IMG/VR virus record: IMGVR_UViG_2541047168_000023
Span: 1 to 11,416 of that record
Strand: one strand, 5' to 3'
Source of the DNA: a virus
Lineage: Duplodnaviria > Heunggongvirae > Uroviricota > Caudoviricetes
Length of the DNA stretch: 11,416 nt
Below the pieces are notes generated by a model. The model worked only from the letters and a program-made list of their open reading frames with translations. It ran no database searches and had not been told where the DNA came from. Position 1 is the stretch's first letter; every line of letters starts with the position of its first letter. Shown in pieces: positions 1 to 7,797 of this stretch. The position numbers and the translations under genes are program-made.

Positions 1-174
1 CAACTCCGGGAGCCGTGATTATGGCATTCAGGCTCTGCTAAAAATGCCAGATAACATTCCGGCCTCCCCTGATTCAGGTTATAAATGACACAATATCTTG
101 ACAACACCCGTCACTGTCTGTCAGAAAATATACCGCCAGGCATAAGTATCATGTGAAATCCAACTATCCTTCTG

Positions 175-217
175 AGCCAGCACCTCTCCACCGAAAGTCA
201 GTGCTGGCTGTTTTTTT
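175..217 (+). terminator. Candidate intrinsic terminator: 9-bp stem, long loop, T-run
   Basis: AGCCAGCAC (175-183) pairs with GTGCTGGCT (201-209), followed by G + TTTTTTT (211-217). The 17-nt loop is longer than typical, which lowers confidence. No ORF of 60 aa or more lies upstream in the window. Confidence 0.3.
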
Positions 218-423
218 CCTTAATAAAGCATCTGTAACTGGTTGTTGTTCTGCGGGTTCTGTTCTTCGTTGACATGAGGTTGCCCCGTATTCAGTGTCGC
301 TGATTTGTATTGTCTGAAGTTGTTTTTACGTTAAGTTGATGCAGATCAATTAATACGATACCTGCGTCATAATTAATTATTTGACGTGGTTTGATGGCGT
401 AGATGCACGTTGTGACATGTAGA

Positions 424-438
424 TGATAATTATTATCA
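424..438. promoter_or_regulatory. Perfect 7-1-7 inverted repeat TGATAAT-T-ATTATCA (Fur-box-like)
   Basis: Read directly: TGATAAT (424-430), T (431), ATTATCA (432-438), inside an AT-rich stretch about 40 bp upstream of cosN. It matches the 7-1-7 description of Fur boxes (TGATAATnATTATCA); function is unknown. Confidence 0.3.
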
Positions 439-474
439 TTTTGCGGGTCCTTTCCGGCGATCCGACAGGTTACG

Positions 475-486
475 GGGCGGCGACCT
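475..486. other. cosN: cosN 12-nt cohesive-end sequence (lambda-type cos site)
   Basis: GGGCGGCGACCT at 475-486, preceded by CGACAGGTTACG and followed by CGCGGGTTTTCGCTATTTATGAAAATTTTCCGG. From recollection this matches the phage lambda cos junction (right end ...CAGGTTACG, left end GGGCGGCGACCTCGCGGG...). The small terminase gene starts about 185 bp downstream, as in lambda. Confidence 0.85.
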
Positions 487-520
487 CGCGGGTTTTCGCT
501 ATTTATGAAAATTTTCCGGG

Positions 521-632
521 ATCCATGTCCGGTTTCTCTTCAAGTTAACTATATGAAAAATATAAAAACAGGTCTTCTGTGAACCGGACATGAACAAAAA
601 ACAGACATGTAAACCGGACATGACCGGTTTTG
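521..632 (+). promoter_or_regulatory. cosB: Putative cosB: three copies of ATGTCCGGTT flanking an AT-rich IHF-like segment
   Basis: ATGTCCGGTT at 525-534 (+ orientation) and its reverse complement AACCGGACAT at 582-591 and 612-621. An AT-rich stretch (about 545-570, TATATGAAAAATATAAAAACAGG) lies between the first and second copies. This mirrors lambda cosB (R3, I1, R2, R1, with R3 inverted), but the repeat sequence differs from what I recall of the lambda R sites. Confidence 0.5.
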
Positions 633-669
633 TTGTGATTGTGAGGTGAGAGTTTTTGCGAGGTGAGGA

Positions 670-1179
670 GTGGCTACGCAGACTGAAGTTGCCAGGCATT
701 TAAGTCTGACCGATCGCCAGCTTCGCAGATTGCAGAAATTGCCGGGTGCCCCGATATCGAATAAGCGAGGGCAACTGGATCTGGATGCCTGGCGCGATTT
801 TTACATATCGTATCTGAGGAGAAGTAAAAACGATGTGCCTGATGGCGATAGCGAAGACGACTATGAGGAGAAATTGCTTATTGCCAGATGGGAACTGACA
901 GCAGAACAGGCTGTTACACAGCAGTTAAAAAATGAGGTGTCAAAAGGAAAACTGATTGACACCGGGTTCTGTATTTTTGCCCTCAGTAAGCTGGCAATGG
1001 CGTTATCCAGTACGCTTGATTCCATCCCTTTATCCATGCAGCGACAGTTTCCTGATTTAACACCGCGCCATCTTGACCATCTGAAAACCCTTATTGCTAA
1101 GGGGGCAAATCAGTGTGCGCGGGCAGGGGATAAATTACCGGATTTACTTGATGAATATATCAGAGCAACAACTGAATAA
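670..1179 (+). CDS. Nu1: Terminase small subunit (Nu1 family)
   Basis: 169-aa ORF from GTG 670, immediately after cos and overlapping the start of A. The C-terminal half resembles lambda Nu1 as I recall it (FCxFxLS..., PLSxQRxFP, LxEYI). The N-terminal region (TQTEVARHLSLTDRQLRRLQ) is HTH-like but unlike lambda Nu1. Confidence 0.85.
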   Translation: MATQTEVARHLSLTDRQLRRLQKLPGAPISNKRGQLDLDAWRDFYISYLRRSKNDVPDGDSEDDYEEKLLIARWELTAEQAVTQQLKNEVSKGKLIDTGFCIFALSKLAMALSSTLDSIPLSMQRQFPDLTPRHLDHLKTLIAKGANQCARAGDKLPDLLDEYIRATTE

Positions 1180-3080
1180 TATGATGAGCGCTGTCACAAC
1201 TGCATTACAGCCCCTGATAAGGGCATTGCCGGTGACGCCAGTTGAATGGGCTGATCAAAATTATTATCTGCCTAAAGAATCTTCATATGGTGAGGGCGAA
1301 TGGAAAACGCTGCCATTCCAGATCGCCATCATGAACAGTATGGGGAATGATCAGATCCGCACTGTTAATCTGATTAAATCTGCCCGTGTTGGCTATACAA
1401 AGATGTTGCTGGGGGGGGGGCGGGTATTTTATTGAGCATAAATCCCGAAACAGTCTGCTTTTTCAGCCCACGGATTCTGCCGCTGAAGATTTTATGAAGT
1501 CTCACGTGGAGGCGACGATTCGGAACGTGCCATGCCTGAAAGACCTTTCCCCATGGCTGGGTCGTAAACATCGTGACAATACTCTCACGCTGAAACGCTT
1601 TTCATCGGGCGTCGGTTTCTGGTGCCTGGGCGGCGCTGCCGCCAAAAACTACCGTGAAAAATCCGTTGACGTGGTCTGCTATGACGAACTTTCCTCGTTC
1701 GAGCCGGATGTCGAAAAAGAGGGCTCGCCAACCCTGCTGGGGGATAAGCGTATTGAGGGGTCGGTGTGGCCAAAATCCATTCGCGGCTCGACGCCTAAAA
1801 TCAAAGGCACCTGCCAGATCGAAAAAGCCGCTAACGAGTCGGCGCATTTTATGCGTTTTTATGTGCCCTGCCCGCACTGTGGGGAGGCGCAGTATCTGAA
1901 ATTTGGCGATGAGTCCACGCCTTTTGGGCTTAAATGGGAGAAGGACAGCCCTGAAAGTGTTTTCTACCTCTGTGAACATCATGGCTGCGTGATCCATCAG
2001 TCTGAACTGGACCAGAGCAACGGGCGGTGGATCTGTGAAAACACGGGCATGTGGACCCGTGACGGTCTGACGTTTTTCAGCGCCCGGGGTGATGAAATTC
2101 CGCCGCCGCGCTCCATCATGTTCCATATCTGGACGGCGTACAGTCCGTTCACCACCTGGGTACAGATTGTCTATGACTGGCTGGATGCACTGAAAGATCC
2201 CAACGGCCTGAAAACCTTTGTGAACACCACGCTGGGCGAGACCTGGGAAGAGGCCGTGGGCGAAAAACTCGATCACCAGGTACTGATGGATAAGGTGGTG
2301 CGTTACACGGCGGCGGTGCCTGCCCGGGTGGTTTATCTGACGGCGGGCATTGACTCGCAGCGAAACCGTTTTGAGATGTATGTCTGGGGATGGGCTCCGG
2401 GAGAGGAAGCCTTTCTGGTGGATAAAATCATCATTATGGGGCGTCCTGATGAGGAAGAGACGCTGTTACGTGTGGATGCGGCGATCAACAAAAAATACCG
2501 CCATGCGGATGGCACCGAAATGACTATTTCCCGTGTCTGCTGGGACACCGGGGGGATCGATGGTGAAATTGTTTATCAGAGATCAAAAAAACACGGTGTT
2601 TTCCGGGTGCTGCCGGTAAAAGGCGCATCTGTCTATGGCAAGCCGGTGATCACCATGCCAAAAACCCGCAATCAGCGGGGCGTGTATCTGTGTGAAGTGG
2701 GAACGGACACCGCAAAAGAAATTCTCTATGCCCGTATGAAAGCCGATCCCTCGCCTGCGGATGAAGCCACGTCGTATGCCATCCGTTTTCCTGATGATCC
2801 GGAGATTTTTTCGCAGACAGAGGCGCAGCAACTGGTGGCGGAAGAGCTGGTGGAGAAGTGGGAAAAAGGAAAGATGCGTCTGCTGTGGGATAACAAAAAG
2901 CGGCGTAACGAAGCGCTGGACTGCCTGGTGTATGCCTACGCGGCATTACGTGTGTCCGTGCAACGCTGGCAGCTTGATCTGGCTGTACTGGCAAAATCCC
3001 GGGAAGAAGAGACGACCCGGCCAACCCTGAAAGAACTGGCAGCGAAGCTGTCCGGAGGAGTGAATGGTTACAGTCGCTGA
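1151..3080 (+). pseudogene. A: Terminase large subunit (gpA homolog), frame interrupted at a G10 tract (real frameshift or homopolymer error)
   Basis: Two ORFs in different frames (1094-1435 and 1386-3080) together give a full-length gpA homolog. The likely start is ATG 1151 (MNISEQQL..., compare lambda MNISNSQV...). The frames switch at GGGGGGGGGG (1411-1420); removing one G gives ...GYTKMLLGGGGYFIEHK..., collinear with lambda ...GYSKMLLGVYAYFIEHK... Downstream motifs are conserved (KNYREKSVDV, FVNTTLGETWE, KRRNEALDC). Confidence 0.8.
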
Positions 3081-3270
3081 ACTGCAGGCGCTGCGTCAGG
3101 CGCGCCTTGATTTATTAACCGGTAAACGGGTGGTGTCTGTCCAGAAAGATGGTCGCAGAATTGAATATACGGCGGCTTCTCTGGATGAGCTTAACCGGGC
3201 GATCAATGATGCGGAGTCGGTACTGGGGACAACCCGGCGTCGCCGTCGTCCGCTGGGAGTGAGGTTATGA
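3064..3270 (+). CDS. W: Head-tail joining (head completion) protein gpW
   Basis: 68 aa, with LxxGKRVxxVQKDGRRxE[FY]TA and a C-terminal RRRR motif as in lambda gpW. The start overlaps the end of A and the stop overlaps the B start (ATGA at 3267-3270). Confidence 0.85.
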   Translation: MVTVAELQALRQARLDLLTGKRVVSVQKDGRRIEYTAASLDELNRAINDAESVLGTTRRRRRPLGVRL

Positions 3271-4859
3271 AACGAACGCCTGTCCTGATTGATGTGAACG
3301 GCGTTCCGCTTCGTGAGAGTCTCAGCTACAACGGGGGCGGTGCAGGATTTGGCGGGCAAATGGCGGAGTGGTTGCCACCGGCGCAGAGTGCCGATGCGGC
3401 CCTGCTGCCCGCGTTGCGTCTGGGGAATGCCCGGGCAGATGATCTGGTGCGCAATAACGGAATAGCGGCCAATGCGGTGGCACTGCATAAGGATCACATT
3501 GTCGGGCATATGTTTCTTATCAGCTACCGTCCGAACTGGCGCTGGCTGGGGATGCGGGAGACCGCAGCAAAAAGCTTTGTCGATGAGGTGGAGGCGGCCT
3601 GGTCGGAATACGCCGAAGGGATGTCTGGCGAGATCGACGTGGAAGGAAAACGCACGTTCACGGAATTTATCCGTGAAGGTGTGGGCGTTCATGCGTTTAA
3701 CGGCGAAATCTTTGTGCAGCCGGTCTGGGATACGGAAACCACGCAGTTATTCCGTACGCGTTTTAAAGCCGTGAGTCCGAAACGGGTGGACACGCCAGGA
3801 CACGGTATGGGGAACCGTTTTCTGCGGGCCGGGGTGGAGGTCGATCGATATGGCCGTGCCGTTGCGTACCATATCTGTGAGGATGATTTTCCTCGCTCCG
3901 GGAGTGGACGATGGGAACGGATCCCGCGTGAACTTCCCACCGGGCGTCCGGCCATGCTGCATATTTTCGAGCCGGTGGAGGACGGGCAGACCCGTGGGGC
4001 CAACCAGTTTTACAGCGTCATGGAACGGCTGAAGATGCTCGATTCCCTGCAGGCAACACAGCTTCAGTCGGCCATTGTGAAAGCCATGTATGCAGCGACG
4101 ATTGAAAGTGACCTTGATACCGAAAAGGCCTTTGAATATATCGCCGGTGCGCCGCAGGGGCAGAAGGATAATCCGCTTATTAATATTCTGGAGAAGTTCT
4201 CCAGCTGGTATGACACGAATAACGTGACGCTGGGTGGTGTCAAAATTCCGCACCTTTTCCCCGGGGATGATCTGAAACTACAGACTGCGCAGGATTCAGA
4301 CAATGGATTTTCGGCGCTTGAACAGGCGCTGCTGCGGTATATCGCCGCCGGTCTTGGCGTTTCCTACGAACAGTTGTCCCGTGATTACTCGAAGGTCAGT
4401 TATTCAAGTGCCAGGGCCTCTGCCAATGAGTCGTGGCGCTATTTTATGGGGCGGCGAAAATTTATTGCGGCCCGGCTGGCCACGCAGATGTTTTCCTACT
4501 GGCTGGAAGAGGCACTTCTTCGGGGGATTATCCGTCCGCCACGGGCGCGTTTTGATTTTTATCAGGCGCGATCAGCCTGGTCACGGGCAGAGTGGATTGG
4601 TGCCGGAAGAATGGCCATTGACGGGCTCAAGGAGGTTCAGGAATCGGTGATGCGCATTGAGGCCGGACTGAGCACGTATGAGAAAGAGCCGGCGCTGATG
4701 GGCGAGGATTATCAGGACATTTTCCGCCAGCAGGTCAGGGAATCTGCAGAGCGGCAAAAAGCCGGACTCTCACGTCCGGTGTGGATAGCGCAGGCGTATC
4801 AGCAGCAGATAGCGGAGAGTCGCAGGCCGGAAGAGGAGACAACACCCCGTGAGACGTAA
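3267..4859 (+). CDS. B: Portal protein gpB
   Basis: 530 aa with long stretches matching my recollection of lambda gpB (ARADDLVRNNG, FEPVEDGQTRGAN, LQSAIVKAMYAATIES, LRYIAAGLGVSYEQLSR, GRMAIDGLKEVQE). Position after W is as in lambda. Confidence 0.9.
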   Translation: MKRTPVLIDVNGVPLRESLSYNGGGAGFGGQMAEWLPPAQSADAALLPALRLGNARADDLVRNNGIAANAVALHKDHIVGHMFLISYRPNWRWLGMRETAAKSFVDEVEAAWSEYAEGMSGEIDVEGKRTFTEFIREGVGVHAFNGEIFVQPVWDTETTQLFRTRFKAVSPKRVDTPGHGMGNRFLRAGVEVDRYGRAVAYHICEDDFPRSGSGRWERIPRELPTGRPAMLHIFEPVEDGQTRGANQFYSVMERLKMLDSLQATQLQSAIVKAMYAATIESDLDTEKAFEYIAGAPQGQKDNPLINILEKFSSWYDTNNVTLGGVKIPHLFPGDDLKLQTAQDSDNGFSALEQALLRYIAAGLGVSYEQLSRDYSKVSYSSARASANESWRYFMGRRKFIAARLATQMFSYWLEEALLRGIIRPPRARFDFYQARSAWSRAEWIGAGRMAIDGLKEVQESVMRIEAGLSTYEKEPALMGEDYQDIFRQQVRESAERQKAGLSRPVWIAQAYQQQIAESRRPEEETTPRET

Positions 4860-6354
4860 TCTTTCACACATTATTGCCGCAGCATTCAATGAACCGCTGC
4901 TTCTGGAGCCCGCCTATGCGCGGGTTTTCTTTTGCGCGCTCGGGCGCGAGATGGGGGCAGCAAGTCTTTCGGTACCACAGCAGCAGGTACAGCTTGATGC
5001 TCCCGGAATGCTGGCTGAAACGGACGAGTACATGGCCGGAGGTAAACGACCGGCCCGTGTTTACCGGGTGGTGAACGGTATTGCTGTACTGCCGGTGACC
5101 GGCACGCTGGTGCACCGGCTGGGGGGTATGCGGCCATTTTCCGGAATGACAGGCTATGACGGCATTGTCGCCTGTCTTCAGCAGGCAATGGCGGATAGCC
5201 AGGTGCGGGGCGTACTGCTGGACATTGACAGTCCGGGCGGGCAGGCCGCCGGCGCGTTTGACTGCGCTGACATGATTTACCGCCTCCGTCAGCAGAAGCC
5301 GGTCTGGGCACTGTGCAATGACACGGCCTGTTCTGCAGCCATGCTGCTGGCGTCGGCCTGCTCCCGACGGCTGGTTACCCAGACATCCCGTATCGGCTCC
5401 ATTGGCGTGATGATGAGCCATGTCAGCTATGCCGGTCATCTGGCGCAGGCCGGTGTGGATATCACGCTGATTTACTCAGGGGCGCACAAGGTGGATGGCA
5501 ATCAGTTTGAAGCCTTACCGGCAGAGGTTCGCCAGAACATGCAGCAGCGCATTGATGCGGCGCGCCGGATGTTTGCCGAAAAAGTGGCCATGTTTACCGG
5601 TCTGTCTGTTGATGCCGTCACGGGAACAGAGGCCGCCGTTTTTGAAGGTCAGTCCGGCATTGATGCCGGGCTGGCGGATGAATTAGTCAATGCGTCGGAT
5701 GCCATCAGTGTGATGGCCACGGCGCTGAACAGTAATGTCAGAGGAGGCACTATGCCGCAATTAACTGCAACGGAAGCCGCCGCGCAGGAGAACCAGCGAG
5801 TGATGGGGATCCTGACATGCCAGGAAGCGAAAGGACGTGAACAGCTTGCCACGATGCTGGCAGGACAACAGGGCATGAGCGTTGAACAGGCCCGGGCGAT
5901 TCTGGCCGCGGCGGCACCGCAGCAGCCGGTGGCATCCACGCAGAGTGAAGCCGATCGCATTATGGCGTGTGAAGAAGCGAACGGTCGTGAACAACTGGCG
6001 GCAACGCTGGCGGCGATGCCGGAGATGACGGTGGAAAAAGCCCGCCCGATCCTGGCTGCTTCACCGCAGGCGGATGCCGGACCCTCACTCCGTGATCAGA
6101 TCATGGCACTGGATGAGGCAAAAGGGGCTGAGGCGCAGGCTGAACAGCTGGCTGCCTGCCCGGGAATGACTGTGGAGAGCGCCCGGGCTGTGCTGGCTGC
6201 GGGATCAGGTAAGGCAGAACCGGTCTCTGCATCCACAACCGCCCTGTTTGAACGCATCATGGCGAACCATTCACCGGCTGCGGTACAGGGTGGCGTGCCA
6301 CAGACGTCAGCAGACGGTGATGCGGACGTGAAAATGCTCATGGCCATGCCATGA
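4849..6354 (+). CDS. C: Prohead protease/scaffold gpC (S49/SppA-like peptidase domain), with an expanded repeat at the C terminus; a nested Nu3-like scaffold product is possible
   Basis: 501 aa, GTG start overlapping the end of B. The N-terminal two-thirds match lambda gpC as recalled (AFNEPLLLEPAYARVFFCAL, MTGY, GAFDCAD, KPVWAL, RRLVTQT, GSIGVMM, ITLIYSG.HKVDGN, IDAGLADELVN). The C-terminal third carries tandem repeats (separate repeat feature). Confidence 0.9.
   Translation: MRRNLSHIIAAAFNEPLLLEPAYARVFFCALGREMGAASLSVPQQQVQLDAPGMLAETDEYMAGGKRPARVYRVVNGIAVLPVTGTLVHRLGGMRPFSGMTGYDGIVACLQQAMADSQVRGVLLDIDSPGGQAAGAFDCADMIYRLRQQKPVWALCNDTACSAAMLLASACSRRLVTQTSRIGSIGVMMSHVSYAGHLAQAGVDITLIYSGAHKVDGNQFEALPAEVRQNMQQRIDAARRMFAEKVAMFTGLSVDAVTGTEAAVFEGQSGIDAGLADELVNASDAISVMATALNSNVRGGTMPQLTATEAAAQENQRVMGILTCQEAKGREQLATMLAGQQGMSVEQARAILAAAAPQQPVASTQSEADRIMACEEANGREQLAATLAAMPEMTVEKARPILAASPQADAGPSLRDQIMALDEAKGAEAQAEQLAACPGMTVESARAVLAAGSGKAEPVSASTTALFERIMANHSPAAVQGGVPQTSADGDADVKMLMAMP
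5797..6300 (+). repeat. In-frame tandem repeats (about 141-159 bp, 3 full copies plus 1 partial) in the C-terminal region of C
   Basis: Units begin at 5797 (RVMGILTCQEAKGREQLATMLAGQQGMSVEQARAILAAAAPQ), 5956 (RIMACEEANGREQLAATLAAMPEMTVEKARPILAASPQ) and 6097 (QIMALDEAKGAEAQAEQLAACPGMTVESARAVLAAGSG), with a partial copy at 6253 (RIMANH...). As I recall, lambda gpC has a single such unit (RIMGILNCEEAHGREEQARVLAETPGMTVKTARRILAAAPQ). Confidence 0.65.
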
Positions 6355-6390
6355 AGTCAGTGCTGACCATCAACAGGAGGTTTTTACAAT

Positions 6391-6738
6391 ATGGTAACGA
6401 AAAACATCACTGAACAGCGTGCGGAAGTACGTATTTTTGCCGGTAATGATCCGGCTCATACCGCCACAGGCAGCAGCGGGATTTCCTCGGCAACACCGGC
6501 ACTGACGCCCCTGATGCTGGATGAAGCCAGCGGGAAACTGGTGGTCTGGGACGGACAGAAAGCCGGTAGTGCAGTTGGCATACTGGTACTGCCGCTTGAA
6601 GGCACAGAGACGGTACTGACCTATTACAAGTCGGGGACCTTTGCGACGGAGGCAATCCGCTGGCCTGAAAGTGTGGATGAACACAAAAAGGCAAATGCCT
6701 TTGCCGGCAGTGCCCTGAGTCACGCGGCGCTGCCGTAA
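6391..6738 (+). CDS. D: Head decoration protein gpD
   Basis: 115 aa with RBS AGGAGG (6375-6380). It shares DPAHTAT, TPLMLD, KLVxWDG, AVGIL, YKSGTF and AFAG with lambda gpD as recalled. Confidence 0.9.
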   Translation: MVTKNITEQRAEVRIFAGNDPAHTATGSSGISSATPALTPLMLDEASGKLVVWDGQKAGSAVGILVLPLEGTETVLTYYKSGTFATEAIRWPESVDEHKKANAFAGSALSHAALP

Positions 6739-6795
6739 CACGTTATCAGGCCACCGCGGTGGCCTGACTGATTTCTGAATGAAAGGAACTGATTT

Positions 6796-7062
6796 ATGGG
6801 ATTGTTTACGACCCGCCAGTTACTCGGTTATACCGAACAAAAAGTGAAATTTCGTGCGCTGTTTCTGGAGCTGTTTTTCCGCCGTACGGTGAATTTCCAT
6901 ACCGAAGAGGTGATGCTGGACAAAATTACCGGAAAAACGCCGGTGGCGGCCTATGTCTCCCCGGTTGTTGAAGGAAAAGTGCTGCGTCATCGCGGTGGTG
7001 AAACCCGCGTGTTACGTCCGGGCTACGTCAAGCCGAAACACGAATTCCCCTGGAGCCGGTAA
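6796..7062 (+). pseudogene. E: Truncated major capsid protein gene (E'), N-terminal ~84 codons only
   Basis: MGLFTTRQLLGYTEQKVKFRALFLELFF...PGYVKPKHE tracks lambda gpE (MSMYTTAQLL...KFKFDPLFLRLFF...PGYVKPKHE) up to 7044. It then reads FPWSR and stops at 7060-7062. Lambda gpE is about 341 aa. Confidence 0.8.
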
Positions 7063-7784
7063 AAGGAGCCGGTACCACCCTGTGGGTTTATAACGGTCAG
7101 GGTGACGCCTATGCAAACCCGTTGTCAGACGATGACTGGCAGCGACTGGCTAAGGTGAAGGATCTGACGCCGGGCGAGATGACGGCAGAATCCTACGATG
7201 ATAACTACCTGGATGATGAAGACGCGGACTGGACCGCGACCGGGCAGGGGCAGAAATCTGCAGGTGATACCAGTTTTACGCTGGCCTGGAAACCGGGAGA
7301 GGAAGGCCAGAAAGGGCTTATAGGCTGGTTTGAAAGCGGCGATGTCCGGGCCTATAAAATCCGTTTTCCGAATGGCACGGTGGATGTGTTTCGTGGCTGG
7401 GTCAGCAGTATCGGTAAGGCCGTGACGGCGAAAGAAGTGATCACCCGCACGGTGAAAGTCACTAACGTGGGTAAACCTTCTGTAGCGGAAGAACGCAGCA
7501 AAATTACGCCGGTCAGTGCGATTAAGGTGACGCCGACATCCGGTACGGTGGCAAAAGGGAAAACAACCACCCTGACGGTTTCTTTTGAGCCGGAAAGTGC
7601 AACAGACAAGACGTTCAGAGCGGTTTCCGCCGATCCGTCGAAAGCCACCATTAGTGTGAAAGATATGACAATTACGGTAAACGGCGTGGCGACAGGTAAG
7701 GTGCAGATCCCTGTGGTGAGCGGAAATGGTCAGTTCGCCGCAGTGGCTGAAGTCACCGTTACTGAAGCGGGCGCTGCAGGGTAA
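7056..7784 (+). pseudogene. V: Major tail protein V lacking its first ~8 codons and native start (V')
   Basis: In the frame of ORF 7122-7784, the sequence from about 7056 reads [41 protein letters not shown]...[40 protein letters not shown]..., closely matching lambda gpV from about residue 9. This frame is closed by TGA at 6999-7001 and has no ATG/GTG before TTG 7122. Confidence 0.8.
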
Positions 7785-7797
7785 ACGGAGGTAATAC

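Noticed and set aside
98-386. TTGACA / TTGACG -35-like hexamers at 98-103, 269-274 and 381-386 as promoters
   Set aside because: None has a convincing -10 hexamer at 16-18 bp spacing, so no promoter is called.
499-699. 66-aa minus-strand ORF overlapping the cosB repeats and the small-terminase start
   Set aside because: It lies across the non-coding cos/cosB region, has no recognisable RBS or homology, and looks like a chance ORF.
1094-1150. Upstream start (1094) for the large terminase suggested by the ORF track
   Set aside because: The homologous gpA N-terminus (MNIS...) begins at ATG 1151. The upstream 19 codons lie inside the end of the small terminase gene and have no counterpart in lambda gpA.
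1602-2276. Minus-strand ORFs antisense to the structural genes (1602-2276, 3096-3692, 3747-4253, 4864-5439, 7125-7844, 10243-11370)
   Set aside because: Each lies entirely inside a + strand gene with strong homology to lambda morphogenesis proteins. They are typical antisense shadow ORFs in GC-rich coding sequence.
4303-4650. Alternative-frame + strand ORFs inside B, A and H (for example 4303-4650, 3472-3774, 1654-1899, 2761-3030)
   Set aside because: They are out of frame with well-supported genes and have low-complexity, Arg-rich translations typical of off-frame reads.
7042-7047. GAATTC (EcoRI site) at the E'/V' deletion junction as a sign of an engineered cloning junction
   Set aside because: A single 6-bp site can occur by chance, and nothing else in the window looks vector-derived. 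Left open rather than claimed.
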